From Faecousia sp. (GTDB taxonomy: Bacteria > Bacillota > Clostridia > Oscillospirales > Oscillospiraceae): 64,000 nt of DNA. The DNA lies in assembly GCA_045126495.1 (NCBI GenBank), contig JBGVON010000052.1:4516-68515 (forward strand), read 5' to 3'. Below are positions 16,356-25,276 of this stretch, in pieces (position 1 is the first letter of the stretch; each line of letters opens with the position of its first letter). Made by a program: the position numbers and the translations under genes. The notes under the pieces are model-generated. The model was not told the origin of the DNA, made no database searches, and saw nothing but the letters and a program-made list of their open reading frames with translations.

Positions 16356-17501
16356 CTATTTTTGGTATGATACGCGGCGGTCTTCTTCTTGATAGGGTGC
16401 TTCCGGTCCGGTTTTGCAGAATAGACTGTAAAGCCGTTCTGCCCGGGATTCCAAATCCTGATATGGGTGTTCAACAGGTGCGCCTGCGTTGGGGAAACAC
16501 CCTGTTTCTCGGGCAATTTTTAAGATCTGCCGACCGGTATCGTTAAAAGCCAGAACGCGCGCATAAGGGGCAGGGGAGGTGATATCCTTTTCTGTGATTC
16601 CTAAAAACGCGCACATCACCATCCGGTCCAGCCGGGTTCGGGTGTAACGCTTGGATTTGGTAGCATTCAAGATGTTGGAAAGGGTACTCTGGGTTCTGGC
16701 GTTGCGCATCAGTTTTCGCCAAAGTCCCTCACTGCCGTAGGGCAGGGATTCAAATTCATTGTCTGTCATGGTACGCAGTCGGTATAGTATCGCCTGCTCG
16801 CCGAAGGGCAGATCGTGGAGGGGCGCACCGGAAAAAATCGATCTTGCATCTTCCGGCACATACGCAAGCCAATCTCTGTCGGAAAGCATGCTGTTTCTTA
16901 TGGCAGTGGCGGAGGGATTCTCGGAGTCAATGACCTGATCGTGATACCCTCCGTTTCGCTGAATGACCATTGGCTCCATGGGAACACCCGATTGCAGAAT
17001 CGCCTTGCAATACTCAGTTGCCAAAATATCATTGGGGTGAGTAAGGGTATCTGTATCAAGGCCCATTGCTTTCAGCGCGGCTAGCCTTGCAGCAGGAAAA
17101 GATTGCCCCTTGTCCAGTTCAACCCGCAGCATTTGGGGAAATGTGGGATCCAGTAGCGCCCTTGCGGTGTAAAGCAACGTATCTTCGTTACCACTTTCCG
17201 CGCCAAAACACAATCGTTGACAGAATCCGCCAAGAATCCGCACCCCTTCCCTGGCAAAGCCTTCGGCAGAGGAAAGCGCGGCTGTGATGGGTAATTCCAG
17301 CACCAGATCTGCACCGCATAGGATTGCAGCCCGTGCACGAAGAGATTTATCAATAATGGCGGGCATACCCCGCTGCACATAATTTCCACTCATCAGACAC
17401 ACAATACCGCCATCAGGATCAGCGGATTTTACTGCATCTAATTGCTTTTTGTGTCCCGCGTGCAGGGGATTATACTCACAAATAATGCCTGTGACCTTCA
17501 A
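16356..17501 (-). CDS. tmcAL: tRNA(Met) cytidine acetate ligase (HIGH-type nucleotidyltransferase)
   Basis: GIICEYNPLHAGH, MSGNYVQRG.P, PNDILA.EY, SATAIR, SKRYT.TR. TTG start after AGGAGG. Adjacent to ackA. Confidence 0.85.
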   Translation of the reverse strand: MKVTGIICEYNPLHAGHKKQLDAVKSADPDGGIVCLMSGNYVQRGMPAIIDKSLRARAAILCGADLVLELPITAALSSAEGFAREGVRILGGFCQRLCFGAESGNEDTLLYTARALLDPTFPQMLRVELDKGQSFPAARLAALKAMGLDTDTLTHPNDILATEYCKAILQSGVPMEPMVIQRNGGYHDQVIDSENPSATAIRNSMLSDRDWLAYVPEDARSIFSGAPLHDLPFGEQAILYRLRTMTDNEFESLPYGSEGLWRKLMRNARTQSTLSNILNATKSKRYTRTRLDRMVMCAFLGITEKDITSPAPYARVLAFNDTGRQILKIARETGCFPNAGAPVEHPYQDLESRAERLYSLFCKTGPEAPYQEEDRRVSYQK

Positions 17502-17538
17502 AATGCCCCTCCTTTGCAAAAAAAAATCATGATAGGGG

Positions 17539-17567
17539 TTGAGAAATTTGGAAAAGTATTATAAAAT
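17539..17567 (+). promoter_or_regulatory. SigA-type promoter of ackA
   Basis: TTGAGA-17 bp-TAAAAT. Confidence 0.5.
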
Positions 17568-17641
17568 AAACCTAGCTATGGTTATATTACCACATATTGC
17601 AAGAAAAGAAAATCATTTTATTTTTTAGGAGGCAATTTCCC

Positions 17642-18832
17642 ATGAATGTTCTGATTATCAACGCCGGTAGTTCTTCCCTTAAATACCAGCTGATGAACCC
17701 CGAAACCGGCGAGGTTTCTGCCAAGGGTCTGTGCGAGCGTATCGGTATCGACGGTCGTCTGAATCACAAGGTTGGCGAGGAGAAGGTCGTTAAGGATATC
17801 CCCATGCCCACCCATTCCGAGGCCATTGCCGCTACTTTGGAGATCTTGCAGGATCCTCAGGTCGGCGTTATCAAGAGTGTTGACGAGATCGATGCAGTGG
17901 GTCATCGTGTTCTGCACGGTGGTATGGAATTCTTCGCATCCTGTATTATTGATGATGAAGTTATCGCCGCTATCAAGAAGTGTATTCCTCTCGGACCTCT
18001 TCACAACCCCGCAAACCTGATGGGTATTGAGGCTTGCCAGGCAGTTATGCCCAAGACCCCCCAGGTCGCTGTGTTTGATACTGCGTTCCATATGACCATG
18101 CCCCCCAAGGCTTACCGTTACGCCATTCCCACTGAGTACTACGAGAACGATTCCATCCGCCGCTACGGTCTCCACGGCACTTCTCATAAGTATGTTGCCC
18201 GTCGTACCGCTGAACTGGTGGGCAAGAAGGAATTCAAGATGGTCAACTGCCACTTGGGCAATGGTTCTTCCATGGCTGCCATTAAGGACGGCAAGTGTCA
18301 GGATACCACTATGGGTCTGTCTCCTTTGGCTGGTGTCCCCATGGGTACCCGTTCCGGCGATATTGATGCCTGCGTGGTGCAGTTCATCTGTAATAAGTAT
18401 GGCATGAGCGTGGATGATTGCTTGAATATGCTCAACAAGAAGTCCGGTATGCTGGCGCTGTCCGGCGTTTCCTCCGACTTCCGCGATCTGGAAGATGGCG
18501 CTAAGAACGGCAATGAGAACTGCGCACTGGCACGGGACAAGTTCTGCTATGAGGTTGCCAAGTACGTTGGCGCATACGCTGCCGCTCTGAACGGTATCGA
18601 TGTGCTGACCTTCACCGCAGGTGTTGGCGAGAACGACTGCGCTGTTCGCGCTGCTGTTTGTGAGTACCTGAGCTTTATGGGCGTGAAGATTGACCCCGAG
18701 CTGAATAGCAAGCGCGGTAAGGAAATGAAGATTTCTACCCCTGACTCTTCTGTGGAAGTTTGGATCGTTCCCACCAATGAAGAACTGATGATCGCCCAGG
18801 ATACCGCTGAGCTGGTCAGCGCTGCCAAATAA
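17642..18832 (+). CDS. ackA: Acetate kinase
   Basis: INAGSSSLKYQL, GHRVLHGG, PLHNPANL, VFDTAFH, HLGNGSS, GTRSGD, PTNEE. Confidence 0.97.
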   Translation: MNVLIINAGSSSLKYQLMNPETGEVSAKGLCERIGIDGRLNHKVGEEKVVKDIPMPTHSEAIAATLEILQDPQVGVIKSVDEIDAVGHRVLHGGMEFFASCIIDDEVIAAIKKCIPLGPLHNPANLMGIEACQAVMPKTPQVAVFDTAFHMTMPPKAYRYAIPTEYYENDSIRRYGLHGTSHKYVARRTAELVGKKEFKMVNCHLGNGSSMAAIKDGKCQDTTMGLSPLAGVPMGTRSGDIDACVVQFICNKYGMSVDDCLNMLNKKSGMLALSGVSSDFRDLEDGAKNGNENCALARDKFCYEVAKYVGAYAAALNGIDVLTFTAGVGENDCAVRAAVCEYLSFMGVKIDPELNSKRGKEMKISTPDSSVEVWIVPTNEELMIAQDTAELVSAAK

Positions 18833-18846
18833 TAAAATTGCACATG

Positions 18847-18875
18847 AAAGGACTTGCTTCGGCAGGTCCTTTTTT
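18847..18875 (+). terminator. Intrinsic terminator after ackA
   Basis: AAAGGACTTGC-TTCG-GCAGGTCCTTT followed by a T tract. Confidence 0.85.
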
Positions 18876-18886
18876 GTAAATAATTC

Positions 18887-18915
18887 TTGACAGTTGAGCA
18901 ATGTATCCGTATAAT
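18887..18915 (+). promoter_or_regulatory. Consensus SigA promoter of the LDH/MDH gene
   Basis: TTGACA-17 bp-TATAAT. Confidence 0.85.
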
Positions 18916-18972
18916 AATATCGATATAAATAGAATGATTATAATCTGAATTTTATGTAAGGAGCGGATGATT

Positions 18973-19917
18973 ATGAGCAAGATCAGTGTTATTGGAGCAG
19001 GTAGTGTTGGCGCAACGATTGCCAATGATTTGATGGTACAGGGTGTTGCTTCCGAGATCGTTTTGATCGACATCAATACCAAGAAGGCTGTGGGCGAAGC
19101 ATTGGATATTTATCAGGGCGCGCCGTTCCATTCTCCTGCCATTGTTCGTTCCGGTGACTATACCGAGGCAAAAAATTCCGATATCGTGGTGATCACCTGT
19201 GGTGTTGCCAGAAAGCCCGGCATGAGCCGTCTGGATTTGGCGCAGACCAACGTGAACATCCTGAAAGACGTGACCAAGAATGTGGTACCCCATGCGCCCA
19301 AGGCGATCTATGTGATCGTGTCCAATCCTGTTGACGTGCTGACCTATGTGTTCCATAAGATCTCCGGCCTGCCGGAGAATCAGATCGTGGGATCCGGCAC
19401 CATTTTGGATACCAGCCGCTTACAGTCAGAGCTTGCCAAGCGTTTCTGCATCAGTCCCAAAAATGTCCATGCCCATGTGTACGGGGAGCACGGCGACAGT
19501 TCTTTTGTGCCTTGGTCTTTGGCGACCATTGCCAACAATCATGTGGATGTTTATAAGGAAAATTCCCCCGATAAGGACCGTATCAATTGGAACCGCGATT
19601 ATGAAGAGGTTGAGACTTTTGTCAAGAAGTCCGGTGGCAAGATCATTGAGAACAAAGGCGCAACCTTCTATGCGGTTGCTATGTCCGTGTGCCATATCTG
19701 TAAGTGCATTTATGCCGGTGCAGGCACAGCATTGACGGTGTCCACCATGATGCATGGCGAGTATGGTGTGAACGATGTGTGTCTGTCTACTTTGGCGCTG
19801 GTTGACCGCAGCGGCGTCCGGGGCAAGATCTTGAATAAGCTTACTGATGAGGAAGTGGTAAAGCTGCAAGCCAGCGCTGATAAACTGAAAGAAGTTATCG
19901 CACAGATCGAACTGTAA
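18973..19917 (+). CDS. L-lactate/malate dehydrogenase family protein (mixed specificity signature)
   Basis: GAGSVG, SNPVD, GTILDTSR, GEHGDS, KGATFYAV. Mobile loop GVARKPG carries Arg rather than the LDH Gln. Confidence 0.88.
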   Translation: MSKISVIGAGSVGATIANDLMVQGVASEIVLIDINTKKAVGEALDIYQGAPFHSPAIVRSGDYTEAKNSDIVVITCGVARKPGMSRLDLAQTNVNILKDVTKNVVPHAPKAIYVIVSNPVDVLTYVFHKISGLPENQIVGSGTILDTSRLQSELAKRFCISPKNVHAHVYGEHGDSSFVPWSLATIANNHVDVYKENSPDKDRINWNRDYEEVETFVKKSGGKIIENKGATFYAVAMSVCHICKCIYAGAGTALTVSTMMHGEYGVNDVCLSTLALVDRSGVRGKILNKLTDEEVVKLQASADKLKEVIAQIEL

Positions 19918-19939
19918 AAACAATCATAATATAGAATGA

Positions 19940-19971
19940 CCCCCTGATGTTATTATCCTACATCAGGGGGG
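19940..19971. terminator. Terminator between convergent ldh-like and yebC genes
   Basis: CCCCCTGATGT-9 nt-ACATCAGGGGG. Confidence 0.65.
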
Positions 19972-20029
19972 ATTTTGTCTATTGTCCGTTTTTACTGGTT
20001 CGGTGCAGTTAGAGGGGGGTCATTCTATG

Positions 20030-20758
20030 TTATTCTTCCCAGTTGTGCCAGACGTTCTGCACATCGTCGTCATCTTCCATGGCGTCGATGAGCTTCTGCA
20101 TCTGGGTTGCCTGCTCTTCGCTTTCCAACTTCTGATAGTTCTGGGGAACCATCTCAATCTGGGCGGAGGCGAAGGTGTATTTTTCCAGTTTAGCAACCAC
20201 ATCGTTAAAATCGTCAGGGGTGGTGTAGATGGTGAAGCAGTCATCCTCGGCCTCGAAATCGTCAGCACCGGCATCCATGGCGTCCATCATAACTTCTTCT
20301 TCGTCATAATCGCCGTCCTCGTTGTCGATGACTAGCACGCCCTTCTTATCAAAGCTCCAAGCCACGCAGCCGGAAGCGCCCAGATTGCCACCGAACTTGT
20401 CAAAGTGATGGCGCATGGAGCCTGCGGTGCGGTTACGGTTGTCGGTCATGGTTTCCACGATCACAGCAACGCCGCCGGGGCCGTAGCCTTCATAGGTGAT
20501 GGATTCGTAGCTGTCACCACCGCCTGCACCGGCAGCCTTTTCCAGACAACGCTTAATGTTATCATTGGGCATGTTGGCAGCCTTTGCCTTGGTGATGATG
20601 GTGGCAAGACGTGAGTTGTTGGCAGGGTCAGTAATGCCGCCGCCTTCCTTCACTGCAACAATCAGCTCTTTGGCGATCTTGGTAAATGCGGCAGCGCGCT
20701 TTGCGTCCTGTGCGCCCTTGGTTTTCTGAATGTTATGCCATTTGGAATGTCCGGACAT
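20030..20758 (-). CDS. YebC/PmpR family protein
   Basis: MSGHSKWHNI, NMPNDNI, YEGYGPGGVA, TDNRNRT, DDDVQNVWHN. Confidence 0.95.
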   Translation of the reverse strand: MSGHSKWHNIQKTKGAQDAKRAAAFTKIAKELIVAVKEGGGITDPANNSRLATIITKAKAANMPNDNIKRCLEKAAGAGGGDSYESITYEGYGPGGVAVIVETMTDNRNRTAGSMRHHFDKFGGNLGASGCVAWSFDKKGVLVIDNEDGDYDEEEVMMDAMDAGADDFEAEDDCFTIYTTPDDFNDVVAKLEKYTFASAQIEMVPQNYQKLESEEQATQMQKLIDAMEDDDDVQNVWHNWEE

Positions 20759-20822
20759 AAGTATCTTCCTTCCTGTTGTTCTCAAAATATCCCATATATT
20801 TTAGCAAAGCAGTGGGAGAAAA

Positions 20823-21593
20823 TCAATAGTATTTCACGCAATCGCTGTGGGTTTCCGAGATTTTTACTTCTAAATCGGGGAATGCATGAGCAATTTTTTT
20901 AGCCAAAACCGTTACCACCGGATTTTCTGTTGGAAAGTGACCGGCATCAATGAGATTCAGTCCCAGCTCTTTGGCATCGCAAAACTGGTTATATTTCACG
21001 TCAGCGGTGATAAAGGTATCGCACCCGGATTGCAGCACTGCGGCAATTTCAGAGCCGCAGGCGCCGCCGCCCACCGCAACACGGCAAGCCTGCCGACCGC
21101 CGCTGACGTACCGCAGACCTTCGCAGTTCAGGGCGCTTTTTATATGGGCAAGAAAGGTATCAAGACTTTGGGGTTCGATTTCACCTTGCCGCAGAAACCC
21201 CGCTGGATCTTGGGGGATCTTTTGAATTGCGGTTAAGCCCAAACGTTCTGCAAGCGTGTCATTGACACCGCCGTCCGCGCAGTCCAGATTGGTATGGGCG
21301 TTGACAGCGGCAATGCCGTTTTTGATCAGGGTCATCACTGCGCAACCGGTGGTCGTATCACAGGTAATGGCAGTTAAAGGCTGAAAAATCAGAGGATGGT
21401 GCGTCACCAGCAGGTCTGCACCTATTTCTGCAGCTTCCCGGCATACATGGTCAAAGGGATCAAGGGCAACCAGAATTTTGCGGACTTCCTGACCGGCGCA
21501 TCCGCAAAGCAGACCGACGTTATCCCAGTCACATTTTAAGTTCTGGGGGGCAATGGTTTCTAAAAAATGCAATATATCCTGCACTTTGGTCAT
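20823..21593 (-). CDS. Nif3-like dinuclear metal centre protein
   Basis: WDNVGLL, THHPLIF, HTNLD, GGACG, DAGHFPTE. Confidence 0.92.
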   Translation of the reverse strand: MTKVQDILHFLETIAPQNLKCDWDNVGLLCGCAGQEVRKILVALDPFDHVCREAAEIGADLLVTHHPLIFQPLTAITCDTTTGCAVMTLIKNGIAAVNAHTNLDCADGGVNDTLAERLGLTAIQKIPQDPAGFLRQGEIEPQSLDTFLAHIKSALNCEGLRYVSGGRQACRVAVGGGACGSEIAAVLQSGCDTFITADVKYNQFCDAKELGLNLIDAGHFPTENPVVTVLAKKIAHAFPDLEVKISETHSDCVKYY

Positions 21594-22273
21594 ACTGAAT
21601 CCTCCTGAAAAGGCGGCAGCTCCCGTAATTGCGCCAATGCCTGTACAGCAAAGGGGTCTGCCAGTTCTTTACGGTTTAAGACAATGTTTTCCAGTCCTTG
21701 CACCACATATCGGTAATATGCACACAGCAATTCTTGCGGATTGCCAAAAAGGGCAGGGGGGAAGTGGCATTGACCGGGCGTCAGTTTTTGGTACGGCTGC
21801 CAAGTCACAAGCATGACGGTGTATAAAAACCGTCCGTCCCGGATGATCCGTTCCTCCTCAATACACCACCCGGTTTCTGACAGATATTTCCGCAGCTGGT
21901 GCGTTCTGGATTGACATTGCAGAATCAGCCGATATGCGCTGTCTTGCAGCCAAGGAGCGGCGGATAAGATGGATACCATGGTATCCCCGCCCATACCGGC
22001 GCAGACCAGTGCATCAAACTCCCGGGGGATATTTCGCACACCGTCGGAAAGGTAAAAGCGCATCCTGTCCTGCACACCGAATCTTTCGCTGTTATGCATG
22101 GCGCTTTGCAGAGGTCCTTCGTTGATATCCCCAGCGATGACAGTGGAAGCAATGCCTTTTTTTAGCAGATAAATACCGAGATACCCATGGTCGCAGCCAA
22201 TGTCAGCCACCCGATCACCGGGCTTAACAAAATCGCAGCAGACCAACAGGCGGTCAGATAAAGGAATTTTCAT
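21590..22273 (-). CDS. trmK: tRNA (adenine-22-N1) methyltransferase
   Basis: LSDRL, ADIGCDHGYL, DINEGPL, AGMGG. Coupled to the nif3 gene as in the common Firmicutes arrangement. Confidence 0.9.
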   Translation of the reverse strand: MKIPLSDRLLVCCDFVKPGDRVADIGCDHGYLGIYLLKKGIASTVIAGDINEGPLQSAMHNSERFGVQDRMRFYLSDGVRNIPREFDALVCAGMGGDTMVSILSAAPWLQDSAYRLILQCQSRTHQLRKYLSETGWCIEEERIIRDGRFLYTVMLVTWQPYQKLTPGQCHFPPALFGNPQELLCAYYRYVVQGLENIVLNRKELADPFAVQALAQLRELPPFQEDSV

Positions 22274-22286
22274 AGTCTACCTCAAA

Positions 22287-22320
22287 AAGGAAATGCCATC
22301 CCGGCAAAACGGGATGGCAT
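22287..22320. terminator. Hairpin between the DUF1858 gene and trmK
   Basis: ATGCCATCCC-GGCAAAAC-GGGATGGCAT. Confidence 0.55.
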
Positions 22321-22326
22321 ACCGGT

Positions 22327-22554
22327 TTACTTTGTGTCCTGATTGGCTTCGTACACTTCCAGGAAGTGGTTCAGCTGAGACAGGAAGGGCTCGCAGTCAA
22401 TGCCGTGGACCTCACAGGCCTGCTCAACCGTCTCGCCCCGGGAGGAAGGGCAACCCAGACAGTGCATACCGATGGCGAGGAACAAGGGCGCAGCATGGGG
22501 CGCAATGTCCAAAACATCGCCGATAATAGTATCTTTTTCAATTTTAACAGCCAT
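22327..22554 (-). CDS. DUF1858 (hybrid-cluster-associated redox disulfide) domain protein
   Basis: 75 aa: KDTIIGDVL, GMHCLGCP...ETVEQAC.VHG.D. GGAGG RBS. Confidence 0.85.
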   Translation of the reverse strand: MAVKIEKDTIIGDVLDIAPHAAPLFLAIGMHCLGCPSSRGETVEQACEVHGIDCEPFLSQLNHFLEVYEANQDTK

Positions 22555-22692
22555 AATATGACCTCCTGTTACATTTCTTTCCGTATTATAACCGCTATGT
22601 GTCAAAAAAACAAGAGGGAAATTTACTGTTAAATGCAGGATTTGCTTTTTTAGCTGCCATGTGGTATCATAAAATGAAAAGGAGTGGTGGCA

Positions 22693-23529
22693 ATGTTGTT
22701 TTTGGGGTGCCATTTATCTGCTGCCAGAGGCAATGCTGCCATGGTGCGTACGGCATTGGAATTAGGCGCCAACACCTTTGCGTACTTTACCCGCAACCCC
22801 AGAGGCAGTCACGGCAAGGAACTGGATCTTGCTGATTGCGAAAAAGCCGTGGCAATGCTCAAAGCCCATGATTTCGGCAAGCTGGTTGCCCACGGCGCAT
22901 ATACTATGAATCTTTGCACCGCCCGGGAAAAGGATCGGGCGTTTGCCGCGGAGATTTTAAAGGATGATCTCCATCGCGTGGGCTGCCTTCCCGGAAACTT
23001 TTATAATTTCCACCCCGGCAGTCATGTGGGTCAGGGCGTGGATGTGGGTATCCGCCAGATTGCGGATGCGCTGAAATATGCTTTGGAGCCCGATGAACCG
23101 GTCACCGTATTGCTGGAAACCATGGCAGGAAAAGGTAGCGAGGTGGGCAGCCGCTTCGAGGAATTAAAAGCGATTATAGACCTGGTGGGAAGCGAAAAGC
23201 TTGGAGTCTGCATGGACACCTGCCATGTATATGATGCCGGTTATGATATTGTCAATGATTTAGACGGCGTTCTTGGGGAATTTAACCAAGTGATTGGCTT
23301 GGATAGATTATACGCCTTACACCTGAACGATTCCAAAAATCCTTTTGCAAGCCATAAAGACCGACATGCGTGTATTGGCAGCGGCACATTGGGCTTGGAG
23401 ACTTTCCGCAGAATCGTTAACCATCCCCAATTAAAGGGAAAACCTATGATTCTGGAAACGCCCAATGACCTGCCGGAATATGCAGAAGCCATTGCCCTAC
23501 TGCGGCAAATGGAGAAGGAATCATTATGA
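22693..23529 (+). CDS. nfo: Endonuclease IV
   Basis: GCHLS, HGAYTMNL, FHPGSH, LLETMAGKGSEVG, CMDTCH, HLNDSK, DRHA.IG.G, ILETP. Confidence 0.95.
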   Translation: MLFLGCHLSAARGNAAMVRTALELGANTFAYFTRNPRGSHGKELDLADCEKAVAMLKAHDFGKLVAHGAYTMNLCTAREKDRAFAAEILKDDLHRVGCLPGNFYNFHPGSHVGQGVDVGIRQIADALKYALEPDEPVTVLLETMAGKGSEVGSRFEELKAIIDLVGSEKLGVCMDTCHVYDAGYDIVNDLDGVLGEFNQVIGLDRLYALHLNDSKNPFASHKDRHACIGSGTLGLETFRRIVNHPQLKGKPMILETPNDLPEYAEAIALLRQMEKESL

Positions 23530-23554
23530 AAAATGATGAAGAGGAGGTGACGGT

Positions 23555-25276
23555 ATGGCGCAATTTTTTGCAACTCTGCAATCTGCCCGGGACACCTATG
23601 CCAATGTGCTGGTGGGGATTCTGCGGTATGGCGCGCCGATTTTGGCGTTTGTATTGCTGCTGCGGTGTCTGAAATCTCTGCTGACCTTCCGGCGTGAGCC
23701 GGAGATCTGGGCATGGCTTTGCCTGGATGATGGGACAAGATTGCCCATCACCCATTGGGAAAACGTCATTGGACGCAGTAAACGCAGCGATATCGTCATC
23801 AATGAACCCACCGTATCCCGCAGTCACGGCGTACTGACCCGGTATGATGACGGCAGCTGGACCATTACGGATTCGGACTCCTCCAACGGCATTCTGGTCA
23901 ACGGAAAAAAGAGAAATATTTATGCGCTGACCCCTAAGGATATTTTCACCATCGGCGGCGTGCAGATGCGTTTGGAGCCCATCTCCCGTCAGCAGGAGAA
24001 AAAACTGGCGCAGCTGCGGACCAAGGGTTCTTCCTTTACGTCCAGCCTTCTGAATGTGCTGCTGTTGACGGCATTTCAGGTGCTGTGCTGTCTTGCCTAT
24101 CTTATGAACGGCACAGGGGAGACGGCGCAGGCAATATGGATCGGTTTTATTGGGCTGACAGCGATGCAGTGGTTGCTTTTGCTGTTTTACGTGTGTATCC
24201 ACAGAACCTCCTTTGAGGTGGAGACCATTGCCTTCTTTTTGAGCACCATGGGTATGACGGCCATTGCGGCGGTGGTGCCCACAGAGACCATCAAGCAGCT
24301 AATCGCAAGCGGATTGGGACTTGGCATATTTTTGTTGGTGGGATGGTCTCTCCGGGATCTGGAACGGGCAAAGAAGATCCGGTATCTGGCAGGTGTCGCC
24401 GGTGTGCTGTTCCTTGTGGTTACGTTGGTTTTCGGTAAGGAATATTACGGCGCTAAAAACTGGCTGATCATCGGTTCGTTCTCTTTGCAGCCGTCGGAAT
24501 TAAGTAAGGTCTGCTTCGTGTTTGTGGGGGCATCCACCATGGACCGGCTGATGAAAAAGCGAAATATTATCCTGTTTATTGCCTATTCCATGGTCCTTTG
24601 CGGTTTCCTTGCTCTGATGAACGATTTTGGTACGGCGCTGATCTTCTTCTGCGCCTTTTTGATGATCGCCTATTTGCGCTCCGGCAGTATCGGCACGGTG
24701 GCCCTTGCCATCGCGGCGCTGGTGTTTGCCGGCGTGGTAGCGCTTCGGATCGCACCCCATGCTCTACGGCGGTTTTCTACTTGGCGGCATATCTGGGAAG
24801 TGCCGTTGGACGGCGGATACCAGCAGACAAGAGCTCTTATGTGCATGGCTTCCGGCGGATTTTTCGGTTTGGGCGCAGGCAGGGGTTGGATGAAAAATAT
24901 CTTTGCGGCGGATTCTGATGTGGTGATCGCAACCATCTGCGAGGAGTGGGGACTGGTGATGGTCATGTTCCTGCTGGCTGCCATTATTGGTCTTGCTCTG
25001 TTTGTGGTTCGTTCCGCATCGGTGGGACGCAGCAGCTTCTATACCATCAGCAGCTGCACCGCCGCGGGTATTATGTTGGTGCAGGTAGCTCTAAATGTGT
25101 TGGGGACAGTGGATGTGCTTCCGCTGACCGGCGTGACGTTCCCGTTCTTGTCCAACGGCGGATCCAGCATGATCTGCGCATGGGGACTGCTTGCTTTCAT
25201 GAAAGCCGCAGATACCCGGCAGAACGCCAGTTTTGCGGTACGTCTCCAAAAGAACGGAGGTGCGCAGGATGAATAG
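23555..25276 (+). CDS. FHA domain-RodA/FtsW (SEDS) fusion protein
   Basis: FHA motifs IGRS, SRSH, SSNG near residues 70-115. SEDS motifs GAKNW, QPSELSK, DFGTAL, GYQQ, PLTGVTFPFLSNGGSS. Confidence 0.88.
   Translation: MAQFFATLQSARDTYANVLVGILRYGAPILAFVLLLRCLKSLLTFRREPEIWAWLCLDDGTRLPITHWENVIGRSKRSDIVINEPTVSRSHGVLTRYDDGSWTITDSDSSNGILVNGKKRNIYALTPKDIFTIGGVQMRLEPISRQQEKKLAQLRTKGSSFTSSLLNVLLLTAFQVLCCLAYLMNGTGETAQAIWIGFIGLTAMQWLLLLFYVCIHRTSFEVETIAFFLSTMGMTAIAAVVPTETIKQLIASGLGLGIFLLVGWSLRDLERAKKIRYLAGVAGVLFLVVTLVFGKEYYGAKNWLIIGSFSLQPSELSKVCFVFVGASTMDRLMKKRNIILFIAYSMVLCGFLALMNDFGTALIFFCAFLMIAYLRSGSIGTVALAIAALVFAGVVALRIAPHALRRFSTWRHIWEVPLDGGYQQTRALMCMASGGFFGLGAGRGWMKNIFAADSDVVIATICEEWGLVMVMFLLAAIIGLALFVVRSASVGRSSFYTISSCTAAGIMLVQVALNVLGTVDVLPLTGVTFPFLSNGGSSMICAWGLLAFMKAADTRQNASFAVRLQKNGGAQDE

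Noticed and set aside
15222-16546. Short ORFs across the tRNA cluster in the ORF track
   Set aside because: They overlap well-formed tRNA genes, have no RBS and are typical spurious tRNA-antisense translations.
17520-17641. Canonical Rex operators upstream of ackA, the ldh-like gene or rex
   Set aside because: No 7-4-7 TTGTKAA-N4-TTMACAA palindrome was found by eye, only half-sites.
17618-18901. Long antisense ORFs opposite real genes (also 30374-31690, 33585-34808, 42242-43504, 47003-48118, 57743-58987, 62510-63811)
   Set aside because: Each mirrors a confidently identified sense gene in register, as expected from codon bias, and shows no family motifs.
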